From NCBI RefSeq assembly GCF_006345805.1, contig NC_043007.1, positions 47,740,001-47,804,000 on the forward strand: a stretch of 64,000 bases of DNA. Direction: 5' to 3'. Below the pieces are notes generated by a model, which was not told where the DNA came from, did not search any database, and saw nothing but the letters and a program-made list of their open reading frames with translations. Positions 39,236 through 51,534 of the stretch are shown here, one piece after another; position 1 is the stretch's first letter, and each line of letters starts with the position of its first letter. Source of the DNA: Octopus sinensis. Taxonomy: Eukaryota. The position numbers and the translations under genes are program-made.

Positions 39236-41373
39236 ATTTGCATATATATGTGTGTGTGTGTATAATTGTATTTCTGTATTTTACCATCATTGTCATCTGC
39301 CCTCTTATATCATTCTGAGAACCACATCTGAGTTCTACATTTCATTTTTTATATAGTTTGTACAATTGGATACCTTTCTTGAAACCAATCACTTGAGTTA
39401 AAGCATCAAGGAGTCCTAGCAACAAGACTGTTCTAGGTGTATTTCATTGAGACACCAAAAGGTTGCCATTTGTCATCAACAAGAATAAAGGGTCCTTTTG
39501 ACCCTACAGTTTCTCCCCCTTCATTGATCATCCACTTCACAGAGTGTACTGAATGCATTCTATTAAGGAATCAGCTCAAGTGTGGCTGGTTTGGACCTTA
39601 TAAGTCTAAAGAGTCTTCATTACAGTGTTTGTTAGTTGTAGGGAATCACCAAGAAGTGGGAGGATAGTAGAGGGAGGAGATAACAAAAGAAGCAAGGACA
39701 GAGACTCACTGGGGTTAGAAGTAGTTGAGTTGGGAGGTAAGAGTGATGGTAAGAGAGGTAGAGGTGGACAGGGGTAAGAGTATGTGGTAGAAGACTACAA
39801 GTGGCTCGGGGCAGAAGGAATGATGACTGACAATACATAAAGGCTGATGGTACAACCTTTTTTACTAACAGTAATAGAATAATACAAAAAATAGAAGAGG
39901 TCAATGTTGAGTGATTGAGAGATGAAAGAACATCAAAGATGCAAGAGGCAGATGTAGATTTGATAGAAACATGGGGTGAGCAACCCAGTTGTCTGCATAT
40001 ATGTGTATATAGCACCTTTTAACATTTGCTCTCTGTGTTGGTATGGGCTGCATGGTTTGACAGGAGATGACTTGGTTTCTATAGCTGGATGCTCTTCCTA
40101 ATGGCAACCACTTTACAGAGTGTACTGGGTGCTTTTATGTGTAAAACTACACCGGGGGCAGTTTTACATGGCACTATAGAAATATTCATAGATGTGGCTG
40201 ATGCAAAGTAACATTTTCAGGATTCTTAAAATAAAGAACTCATAACAAGAAGTATGAAAGTCAACCAAAGAAATTTAATTAATAATCGTGAGTCTGACAA
40301 AATTACCAACAAAGCCTTTGGGTGAAACAATACATTTTATTAGACTCACAGTTATTGATTAAACACATATACATATATATATACATATTATGTCTTCCTG
40401 CCAACATTTTTAAAGTCACTTTTGCCATGCCTACATGGGTAAGTGGGTCTCCTCTAGTACTGCATGTTACCAATTATAGTGTTTTGTCACATCTGTGGGA
40501 TTCAACAGCATTTGATCAGTCTCAACCACATCACGCCTTGTCTTCTTGAGTTTCCCTCTTCCACACACTCCATCTACTTTGTGTGCCCTGCACTTCCCCA
40601 TAGAGCTGTAATCACATGCTCAACACATTGCTTTCTAGTCTCTACAACTCGTCTGAATTCAAAGACTATATCTCACTACCATGTTGTTTCACAGTTCATA
40701 CACAAGTATTATTCAATCTGTCAATGGAAAAACATAAACATGCATTCACAATTTAAAAAATGTGGGTGGGAAAACATTTTTTAATAATTAAAGAACAATC
40801 ATATCAATGAGAATCTATGGTCACTCAACCTGTTAGAAATAGTAGCCAAATCTCCCTCAAATCACATGGCAGTGTCTTAAAAGAAATTAAGATTACATAG
40901 GATAATGTAGTTCTAGATACACTTTTGTCTGAATAAAATATGAATGATCATGACAGGAACGTATTTATTGTAGGTCTACTGGATTAGGGCTGAGGTGAGA
41001 CTAAACAACAACCCCACCATAAACTAACATTGAATAGATCCAGTGGAATGCATCAGATTATAAAACACTTTGGTCTCTCATTCAATTAGAATAAATCTGA
41101 AATAATAAAGAATATAGTTGTTTAGCCCCAAGTATCCCCGACTGAACTCTGATCTTCCCCATCTTATTTTTAATGACTACTTATTAGTCACATTGCGTTT
41201 TTGAGTATGGTTGCATGAGTGTGTGATTCGAAGGAGATGTAGTTGCTGTTTCCGATAGAACGATGTGGAGAGCTCCTTGTTGTTTCAAGTACATGTGTAT
41301 TGTAAATGGGGAAAATAATTCTATTACAACACGATAGATTTACATGAATTATCACAATTTTTAAATATACTAA

Positions 41374-41762
41374 TCTCTCTCTATATAAAGCTGAAGTTGT
41401 GTGTAAGGCAGGTTTGGTAGTCTTCAACTAACACTATCTCCTCCGAGACCCTGTGGCGCAAGTTGACCAAAATTGAGAATATGATAGAAGAAGGCTTGCT
41501 CTTCCTTCCGGAGAAGAAAAATTTAAATCGGTCCTTGTTAACACCAAAAATTATTTACATCAAAAAGGTGCTTTTTTTCTATGAAAATCCCTATTTTTTA
41601 CGATTTTTTTACTTCTGTGTCGCCATTTTTCGGTTTATTTCAACCAGAAAAATGTTCACTTAAAGAGAATAACGAGTTACATAATGCAAAATTTTTACTT
41701 TTCAAAAATTCCAATTCTAAAGGGTCGAAACAAACCCGAGCAACGCCGGACGATACTGCTAG
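41374..41762 (+). mobile_element. non-autonomous Helitron
   Basis: A|TC start, GC-rich subterminal hairpin CCCGAGCAACGCCGG, CTAG|T end. Confidence 0.88.
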
Positions 41763-42071
41763 TTATGAATAAAATAATAATTTAACGTTTTTAGTATTTG
41801 TTTAACTACGTTCTTGATGTGAAATCGTGATTTGAAATGTGTATTTTGGGAGGGTCATTTCATAATCAATTGCTTGACCAATTATTTGATTAACCATCTA
41901 ATTGTTGGTTTATCAGAGTTCTTTCGTCGCCTTCTTCGATCTCATGCATGACATATCTTCATTCACAGCAGTTCAGTCACTGTCTCTTGTAAGAGTTACT
42001 TTCCCTACAGATATAATAAGAACAAAGTTGTCTCCCTTGTACAATATTTTTTTTTTTCGTTTTATTTAATA

Positions 42072-42464
42072 CTAGCAGTATCGCCCGGCGTTGTTCGGGT
42101 TTGTTTCGACCCTTTAGAATTGGAATTTTTGAAAAGTAAAAATTTTGCATTATGTAGCTTGTTATTCTCTTCAAGTGAACATTTTTCTGGTTGAAATACA
42201 CCAAAAAATAGCGATACAGCAGTCAAAAAATCGTAAAAAATAGGGATTTTCATAGAAAAAAACCCCACCTTTTTTATGTAAATATTTTTTGGTGTTAACA
42301 AGGACCGATTTAAATTTTTCTTCTCCGGAAGGAAGAGCAAGCCTTCTTCTATCATACTTTCAATTTTGGTCAACTTGCACCGCAGGGTCTCGGAGGAGAT
42401 AGTGTTAGTTGAAGGCTACCAAACCTGCCATACACAGACAACTTCAGCTTTATATATATATAGA
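42072..42464 (-). mobile_element. non-autonomous Helitron, second copy (inverted)
   Basis: reverse complement of 41374-41762 with the same termini; ORF track shows near-identical peptides on opposite strands. Confidence 0.88.
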
Positions 42465-42824
42465 TTTTTACCCTGACATTTTTTAAAGTTATTTTTTCTG
42501 AAAAAAGCGTAACGACAAGAAAATTGCAGTAAAGCTGTGTGATAGAGGTGTCAGACGTAGCATGCAGATCATCATATAACTTGTTTTATTCTTCTCTTCC
42601 GTTTTATTTTGACATGCGCATTACGTTTTAATCCTTCTCTTCTGTTTTACGAATTGAGTATGCACATGCGCAATGTGTGTTCATACTTCTCTTTCTTTTT
42701 CCCACTTAAAACTGTTTCCAGATCACAACCATCTCATGAACCGGCGTTCTTTAATTTTCCTCTGCCATGAAACACCATACACTACTGTTCAGTTCAATAG
42801 ATCAGTATGAAGACACACACACAC

Positions 42825-42870
<46 letters not shown>

Positions 42871-44017
42871 CACACACACACACAAACGTACATCTTACTA
42901 TTGGAGTTACGTCAGTTCAACTGTGGTGTAAAGAGCAAATTGCGATCTTGTGATCCCATAGGCCGGTCCCTTTACAGAACTAACATTAAATTGGTCACCG
43001 CTGGGACCAGTATGCTGAATGCCATCATGTTGGATAGGGAAGCAACGGAAGTTTCTTCAAGGTGGTTGTAGATCAGATGATATGAGGCCTAAATGAGATG
43101 CTACTCTCTAACGTAGTAGTAGTAGTATTGAGGCAAATGCTGAAAACAGCGCGTCACTGCAACTGCCATTTGTTGGTGATTCGCTACTCCTGATGCATAA
43201 CACATTTGCCCCACTCGAGCAACAACCCTCCAATCCATGGGTCTGTTTGGGTAGTCATTGCTGGTGACGGTTTTACGAGGCTGGAGTGCAAATCCTACCT
43301 CAACCTCTTTTAGTCTCCATTTACAACACACCGAGGAAATGTTGGGTTTACTTTTTAACATATCGGTCCCCACACAACACAAAGGCAGTGCTAACAAAAC
43401 TTGCTAGGGCTTGATCAACTCCTGTTGGGTCGCCTGGCTGGGTCACCCGACTGGGTTCCCTAGCTGGATCCCCTAGCTGTGTGCTTGATTGTTGAAAGAC
43501 TTGAAACACTTAATGACTTCAAGAATCATCACTGATGATGTGTTTTATGTGCATCACCAGATGATAAATGATGCGCGCACGCACACGCAAATTTGGTCAA
43601 ATGCATTATTTTCAATATTTAATTTGGCTTGCAATAGACGGTTCTTTTGGTCAAACTGTCGTATCTCCAGCTGCTACAGTTGAAAATTGTCAAAGTGTAG
43701 TACAACGGTTTAGCATTTTTCAAAAGTGTAGTAACACCCACAAACAACTTTCTTTAAAGAGAAGTTGTGAATTAAAAGTTCGATTCGAACTTAATGCTAA
43801 CAGCGTTATACGAATATATACAGTAAATCCTCACACTAATGGATCCCAATTTAAATATTAATAATGCAGTTATGTATTACTATTATAGATACAAGTTATT
43901 CTTCAACTACATTTCAAAAAGAAAGTCAATAATACACGTCCTTTAATATCATTTAACGCTTTTAATTCCAAATAATATTTAATTATAAAAACTAAATAGA
44001 AAATATATATCTGTCGC

Positions 44018-44320
44018 ACGCGCTAGTATGGGCATGTCCTATGTCTCCCGCTACATCATCCTATCAGCTCTTTACTCTCATTCGACGCGGCATCTGCAGG
44101 CTAGAAGAGGCCTCGTGGCAGGCCTCGCAGCAGATGGTTGGACGTGATTAGAAAAGATCTCCAGAGGCTCGACGTCATCTTGGAGGATGCAGAGGGGTTG
44201 GCACTGGACTATCAGCGATGGAGAGCACTGATGGACCTGCTTGACTCTACGCATGATGACGCCTCTGGGACCCCAGCCCCATCAAGCAAGATCATGAAGC
44301 CAAGAACAAGCAAACTGAAA
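44018..44320 (+). mobile_element. RTE-like LINE 3' end
   Basis: YGHVL..KRPRGRPRSRWLDVIRKDL..RWRAL C-terminal signature; CAAG-type tail. Confidence 0.75.
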
Positions 44321-44433
44321 GTTTAATAATTACATATTTAACACACATGTATGCGAGACATATGTAAATCAATCCCACATTAAAATACAAATCCCATACA
44401 GAAGAAAATATAAACATGACAAAAGAAAGAAAA

Positions 44434-44875
44434 GGCGTAGGAGTGGCTGCGTGGTAAGTAGCTTGCTTACGAACCACACGGTTCCAGGTTCAGTCCCACT
44501 GCGTGGCCCTTGGGCAAGTAAGTGCCTTCTACTATAGCCTCGGGCCGACCAAAGACTTGTGAGTGGATTTGGTAGACGGAAACTAAAAGAAGCCCGTCGT
44601 ATGTATGTATGTATGTATGTATGTATGTATGTATGTATGTATGTATGTATGTATGTGTATATGTTTGTGTGTCTGTGTTTGTCCCCCCATCATCCCTTGA
44701 CGACCGATGGTGGTGTGTTTACGTCCCCGTAACTTAGCGGTTCAGCAAAGTACCCGATAGAATAAGTACTAGGCTTACAAAGAATAAGTCCTGGGGTCGA
44801 TTTGCTCGACTAATGCCGGTGCTCCAGCATGGCCACGGTCAAATGACTGAAACAAGTAAAAGAGTAAAAGAGTAA
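44434..44875 (+). mobile_element. full-length tRNA-derived SINE (octopus OK/OR-like)
   Basis: A/B boxes, internal (GTAT)n, 3' CCAGCATGGCCACGGTCAAATGACTGAAAC and (AAAAGAGT)n tail. Confidence 0.85.
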
Positions 44876-44983
44876 AGAAGAGTATGAGCGGAGAAAAGAA
44901 TATAAAAAAAGAAAACAAAGAGGAAGAAAGAAGAAAGAAATCAATCAACACTAAGTATTTCAATTCGTCGCACAACATAGGGT

Positions 44984-45345
44984 TCAACGGAGCCTACTGA
45001 AGCAGGTCAATGTGCTCGCGACATTACTGTGGGTGATGGCGAGGTTAAGACGTTGGAACAGCCAAGCACCCTCATGGGTATCACCTGACACCTTGGTAAG
45101 GCGAGCTGCCAACGATGACAAGAATTTTGTTGTTAGCGGCCCAACCCCTCCAAGCGTTTCAAATGCCACAGGCCGGAAGTAATGATTTACTGATAGATCC
45201 CAATACTTCAGGATTTTGTTCCGTTCGGTTACGGACGCAGTGACCCTCCCATTTACCGCAGCATCCAAGATGTGGGAGGTAACAAAGGAATCATAGAGTC
45301 TGGCGTCCCAGGGACAAAGTGTAAGACCATCTGCGCTCTTCCCAC
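44984..45345 (-). mobile_element. CRE-clade non-LTR retrotransposon 3' fragment
   Basis: GKSADGLTLCPW...ERNKILKY..FRPVAFETLGGVG..FQRLNLAITHSNVAS matches the CRE restriction-like endonuclease C-terminus. Confidence 0.8.
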
Positions 45346-45598
45346 CACTTTTAATTTGTAATAGTACAATATATTAAAATCAATAAAAATGACGCCTACG
45401 TTTCCTTTGATTTAACAAAGTTTTCGTACCAAATGCACATTTCCTCTTCATTATATCGTTGATGTGTGTAATTTACAAGTTAGAAACTAAATATTCGTCC
45501 AATATAAAAAGATCCCCAATTTATTTTCTACAACTAAAAATTTTATAAAACCAAGAGACATAACTGTAATTGAAATTAAGTTGCCTCCCATGAACTAT

Positions 45599-46012
45599 TA
45601 CTCTTACTCTCTTACTTGTTTCAGTCGTTTTGACTGTAGCCATGCTGGAGCACCGCCTTTAGTCGAGCAAATCGACCCCAGGACTTATTCTTTGTAAGCC
45701 TAGTACTTATCCTATCGGTTTTGCCGAACCGCTAAGTTCCGGGGACGTAAACACACCAGCATCGGTTTTCAAGCGGTGTGTGTGTGTGTGGGGGGACAAA
45801 CACAGACACACAAACATATACACACACATACATATATATACATATATACGACGGGCTTCTTTTAGTTTCCGTCTACCAAATCCACTCACAAAGCTTTGGC
45901 CGTCCCGAGGCTTATACTAGAAGACACTTGCCCAAGGCGCCACGCAGTGGGACTGAACCTGGAACCATGTGGTTCGTAAGCAAGCTACTTGCCGCTCATC
46001 CACTCCTACGCC
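45599..46012 (-). mobile_element. full-length tRNA-derived SINE (same family)
   Basis: reverse complement of the 44434 SINE. Confidence 0.85.
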
Positions 46013-46820
46013 TCTTATGTGAAAGAAATTTCTGACTCTTTTACCTTTGAGTGAAAGTTATTAAAAGTTTCTATATTTTCTGCCTTTCTCACGGAAATGT
46101 TGACATATTAAAGAGTGTTAAACAATCAACGTGAGTCACGTCAACTGTAAATAAATTTATTTATTATAATCGTTGTCACATATTGCTGTTATGGTCGTCG
46201 TCGCCGCTACCGTCGTCGTCTTTACAAATCGCCTTACGTGTTTTGAGATCTCCCGGTTTCTTGTCGTTTCCCAACCACGAAAATCATACGCTGTAACCGC
46301 TTCGCAATACATCATTTATTCACGCCACATTCTAATGGCTGCAGCACACGCACACATCTCACATGATGTCCGAGCCAATATGGCAGCACCTAAGTGGTCT
46401 CTAGATAAAACTAGAAACAGCAGAGAAGTTTCCTTCTTTTTTGTACTTCTCTGTCGTCTTGAAACAATAGAGGAATTCATTAGGTATTGCTGTATTACAT
46501 AAATACGATGGTCGGTCACAGATTAAACGTCTTTGACACGTACGAATGATCTGCCGCATCCGTCTTCGCCATATGCAACAACAATAACAACAACAGCAAC
46601 AACAAAGGTCGGAAGATGTGTCAGGTGCCGAAATTCGCCGGCAGCATTTAGCACAATACAGGGGACAATGCACTACCACGTAGAAGTGTGTATCGGAAAG
46701 TTTAAAACTGACCGGACAAGCGTGATGCACGAAATGTCTGTCAACCTCCACCATTGAGAAGAATATTCAACAAACTCGAGAGATCGTAATGGTGAACCAG
46801 TTCACCGTTACCATCTCTGG

Positions 46821-47338
46821 GATTTTAGAACATTTATAAACAGAAGGTCTTACAGCTGTTTCCGGAATATTTTATATATTCCTTCATCGGAGAGGGTGTG
46901 AGAAAATGGTTAATAGTTATTTTAGATAAGAAATGGAGAGTGAAGTGGAGGAATGAAAATAGACGTGAGATATGCAGGGAGATTGCATCCGTAGATCCCT
47001 TATTTAAGCAGAATGGTATACATATAAGATTCCAAAACCCTCCATTCAATAACACTGTGTACAAACTACCTCTATACATGGAATAACTAATTTTAAATAC
47101 TATTGGAATTTACTCACATGGTATTGGAATCTTATATGTATACCATTCTGGCTAAATAATGAATCTACGGATTCAATGTCCCTGCGTATCTCACGTCTAT
47201 TTTCATTCCTCCTCTTCACTCTCCATTTCTTATCTAAAATAACTATTAACCATTTTCTCACATCATCTCCGATGAAAGGATATGTAAAATATCCCGGTAA
47301 CAGCTGTAAAACTTCCTATTTATAAATGTTCGAAAATC
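46821..47338. mobile_element. inverted pair of Penelope-like pseudo-LTRs with hammerhead-like motifs
   Basis: 46821-47039 is the reverse complement of 47120-47338; each arm has CCGATGA-stem-G(A/T)AACAGCTGTA. Confidence 0.7.
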
Positions 47339-47921
47339 TTTCACAGCCTTGGATTTTTATCGCATTCTGAAAATTTTTATATATACACACGCTGATATAT
47401 GACCTACGTTGGACTCCTTATTCGCATAATCACCAAACCTGGAGCTTAACTATAGTCTGTCCATAGCACTTACTCAGTTTTACCTGACACCTTTGGGTCT
47501 TTTAACACCATAACCTTTCATAACCCTCGCTCTCTCTCTCGCGCTCTCTATATATATATCCTATTTTTGCATGGGTATGTCTGGATTAACATTATTGTTA
47601 TTTATTTTAATTTATGCTTATATTAAATAGTAACTATTTTTATAACTGTATATATTTTTAAATTATGCATTAATTTTAATGGTACACTGTATTTTTCCTG
47701 TTTACTTAGTTAATGGTTTCATTATGTTTTCAATATGATATGTATAAATTTCTTTGTGCGTTCTTCCCTGATAATATTCTGGCTTATAATAATTAACCAA
47801 ATTGATTTAATTGAATTAAATTTGATTGATTTTATACTATAAGCGATGAATTGAAACAATTGTAGATCTTATCAACGTATTAATACATTTTTTATTAACC
47901 TTATCTCATCTTCTCTCTTGG

Positions 47922-47959
<38 letters not shown>

Positions 47960-47961
<2 letters not shown>

Positions 47962-48200
47962 TTTGTGTGTGTGTGTGTGTGTGTGTGCCTTTGTGTCTGT
48001 GTTTGTCTCCCCACCATCGCTTGACTGGTATTGGTGTGTTTACGTTCCAGTAACTTAGCGGTTCGACAAAAAGAGACTGCTAGAATAAGTACCAGGCGTA
48101 AAAGAAAAAGTAAGTCCTGGAGCTGATTTGTTCGACTAAAACCCTTCCAGGTGGTGCTCCAGTATGGCCGCAGTCAAATGACTGAAAGAAGTAAAAAGAA
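47960..48200 (+). mobile_element. 3' half of the same SINE family
   Basis: GGTGTGTTTACGT..AACTTAGCGGTTCG..TGGCCGCAGTCAAATGACTGAAA. Confidence 0.75.
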
Positions 48201-48250
48201 AAAAAGAAAAAAGAATATATATGTATATATACATCTGTGTGTGTGTGTGT

Positions 48251-48292
<42 letters not shown>

Positions 48293-48430
48293 TATGTGTG
48301 TGTATACACACACATACGCACACCTATGGAGACGAAAACTGACTCTTCCATATGTCATGCTTGAACAATTGTGAAGGTTTCTTCGGTTGCTTTGATAACC
48401 CAAAAATAAAGTACATACATAAGAAAATAT

Positions 48431-48509
<79 letters not shown>

Positions 48510-48513
48510 TACA

Positions 48514-49837
48514 CGAGGGACGGCTGAAATGTAAATAGGCTGGCCAAGATAATATCACGAAATGTCACTAGATGAAGCTTAAGTTTCAATATAGTCCTCC
48601 TTGCGGTCTACACACGTCTTCCATCGATGTTGTAGTGCTTGGGTCTCATTGGTGGAGAAACTTTCTTTCAGTTACTCAAAAAAGTCAACAACAGTAGATT
48701 GACGTCATCATCGCTGCGATACGGCTTGCCAACCAAGTATTTTTTCTTGTTGGGGAACAGATGATATTTAGATGGGGCAAAATGAAGGGATAAGGTGGCT
48801 GATCAACCATTTTAAAGCCAGTCACGCACAGCAGCCATTGAGACCAATGTCTTCTGTGCTGAAGCATTGACCTGATGAAACAAGACGCCTTTCGTTAGAT
48901 TTCCTGGTCGTTTGGTCTCGATAGTCTTTCGTAACTACCTCAGTAAGTTGGCGTAAAACTCTCAATTGATGGTGTAGCCCTTCTGAAGATAGTCAATGAA
49001 CACAATGCATTTTGCTTCCCCCAAAACACTGAGGCCATTATCTTGCCAGCAAATGAAACGACCTTGGTCTTCCTGGAAATATGTGAGGAAGGGTGTTTCC
49101 AATGCATGGATCACCTCTTTGAATCTAGCTCAAAATGATGAACCTAACAGTTATCCTGGCGTAGGAAATACCTAAAGAAGTGAGCTGGATCTGTCTCAAA
49201 CAATGTCTGATTTTCCCATGATGTGAGCAGCCTAGTGCGTTTTTGATCAAGTATGAGAAGATGTGCTACTTACTGAGCAGAAACCTTCGTCATGCCAAGT
49301 TCATTGTACAGAACCCTCTCCCGCAATATACTAATTGCATTGGCTATTTGATTTATAGTCAGTCGCCTGTCATCCATCACCATGTAGTAAATACGGCCAA
49401 TGTTTTCCTCGGTGATGGCATTTGCAGGATATTCTGACCTTGGGCCATCTTGTGGATTCTGCCTACCCCTCCTAAATTCAGCTAACAAATTTTGCATGGT
49501 TGATAAAGCTGGAGCATCATCTTCTAGAGTCGCAAGCATGTCAGCATGAATGTCCTTGGGGTTTAAACCATTTTCTGCAGGTACTTGATAACACTATACT
49601 CTTTTACTCTTTTACTTGTTTCAGTCATTTGACTGCGGCCATGCTGGAGCACCGCCTTTAATTGAGCAATTCGGACCCCGGGACTTATTCTTTTGTAAGC
49701 CCAGTACTTATTCTATCGGTCTCTTTTGCCGAACCGCTAAGGAACGGGGACATAAACACACCAGCATCGGTTGTCAAGCAATGCTAGGGGGACAAACACA
49801 GACACACAAACACACACACGCATATATATATATAAAT

Positions 49838-49893
<56 letters not shown>

Positions 49894-49902
49894 ATATAAT
49901 AT

Positions 49903-49946
<44 letters not shown>

Positions 49947-50305
49947 CACGACGGGCTTCTTTCAGTTTCCGTCTACCAAATCCACTCACAAGGCTTTGGT
50001 CGGCCCGAGGCTATAGTAGAAGACACTTGCCCAAGATGCCACGCAGTGGGACTGAACCCGTAACCATGTGGTTGGTAAACGAGCTACTTACTACACAGCC
50101 ACTCCTGCGCCTATGTTGCTAATTTCTTTCCATTTTCAAGAAAATTTGTTACTTGTTAGTTTTGAAATCTTCTTTAAACTCAGATTTACTTGGAAAGAAC
50201 CAATGCTTTTATTAATAAAATGAGTTGAAATTAATGCATGCAGGATTTCACAGCGCTAGCACTACTTCTTCATAATCAACATATTAACTTTTCAGCCCAC
50301 CTTCG
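48514..50305 (-). mobile_element. mariner transposon, decayed, interrupted by a SINE
   Basis: TIRs CGAGGGACGGCTGAAA / TTTCAGCCCACCTTCG|TA; HTH fragment (ORF 49270..49539), IDYLQKG and DQPPY motifs. Confidence 0.88.
49597..50111 (-). mobile_element. SINE nested in the mariner
   Basis: same SINE family with long internal (TA)n; splits the transposase N-terminus. Confidence 0.85.
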
Positions 50306-50394
50306 TATGTATGTATGTATGTATGTATGTATGTATGTATGTATGTATGTATGTATGTATGTATGTATGTATGTATATATGTGTGTATGTAAGT

Positions 50395-51376
50395 AGGTAG
50401 GTAGGTATGTGTGCAGATTTGCATGTTATGTTTTATATATGTATCCTCATGCATATAATTGCATATCTATTAAATGATAAACTTCTGGAAAATTTTATAA
50501 ATTTTTACAGTTCCAGGGATTGATTAGATCTGCAGTCTTCGAATTAGCTTTCTCCTTTCTGGTTTTGAGAAGCCTAATTTCTCAAGATTGGTATTTAGGC
50601 AGTGTGCTTACATATCCCAGGGCTTCAATAACTACAGGTATATCAGGTCTGTTGTGCTTACATTTTATTGAGGTCTTCACTGGGACATTCTACCAGTACC
50701 TCTTTTTATTATGAGTGACTGTGGCCTCTGCCATAGTGTAGGTTCTTATTTCTTTGTCCTCGGGCTTATCCATCCGACAGTTTTCATTATAGAGTGGTCT
50801 AGCTACAACATCATGTCTCATCGGTATATAATACCGTGATGACATTTTCAGACAACTGCTTGTGATGTGGCTGATATCTTCGGTGTTAACTTCACAAAGT
50901 CTGCATCGGTTGTCACATTTTACTGCTTTTCCTGCACTTCTATTACTTTTGTGCATCAGGTACTTGGTTGATATTTCCTGTTCCTGGATTGCAAACGCAT
51001 ACCCTTCAAAGGGGGAAAGTAGTAATCCTGCTATTGATCCATGATAGACTGCTTTGATGATCAATGTTATTATCATCTCGGAGCTTACTACTAACATAAC
51101 AATGCACAATCTTCTGCTCATAGAGGCTCATCCTTTTATCTGATGATACGTTGCGGTAGAGTCGTGCGACTTCTTTGGGCATGTATTCTGGGTTATCACA
51201 CAAGGAATGTTACTCAAGTAGCTGCCTTCCAAGTCTTATGATATTATCAGACTCATGTATGCAAACTTAGTCAAAGAATACGACATTCAAAGGCATTTTG
51301 GATCGATGTTAAGTTTCTGCTGCCTTGTTTTCGTTTTAGGTAGAAACGGTCTACGTCACTGTTTATGTGGAAATTA
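50395..51376 (-). mobile_element. R4/Dong-like LINE, 5'-truncated and decayed
   Basis: FHINSDVDRFYLKRKQGSRNL, FAIQEQEISTK, zinc knuckle CRLC..EDISHITSSC..RHDVVA, HNRPDI. Confidence 0.85.
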
Positions 51377-51534
51377 ATGTATGCTTGTTAGTATTTTTCG
51401 GTTTTCACATCAATGGCTCGGGTCAACTCAAGCGTCCAATCAAGTAGTCCATACATACATACGTATGTATGTATGTATGTATGTATGTATGTATGTATGT
51501 ATGTATGTATGTATGTATGTATGTATGTATGTAT

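Noticed and set aside
46173-46757. overlapping short ORFs in a CpG-rich block
   Set aside because: No recognisable motif or splice structure; cannot be supported without a search
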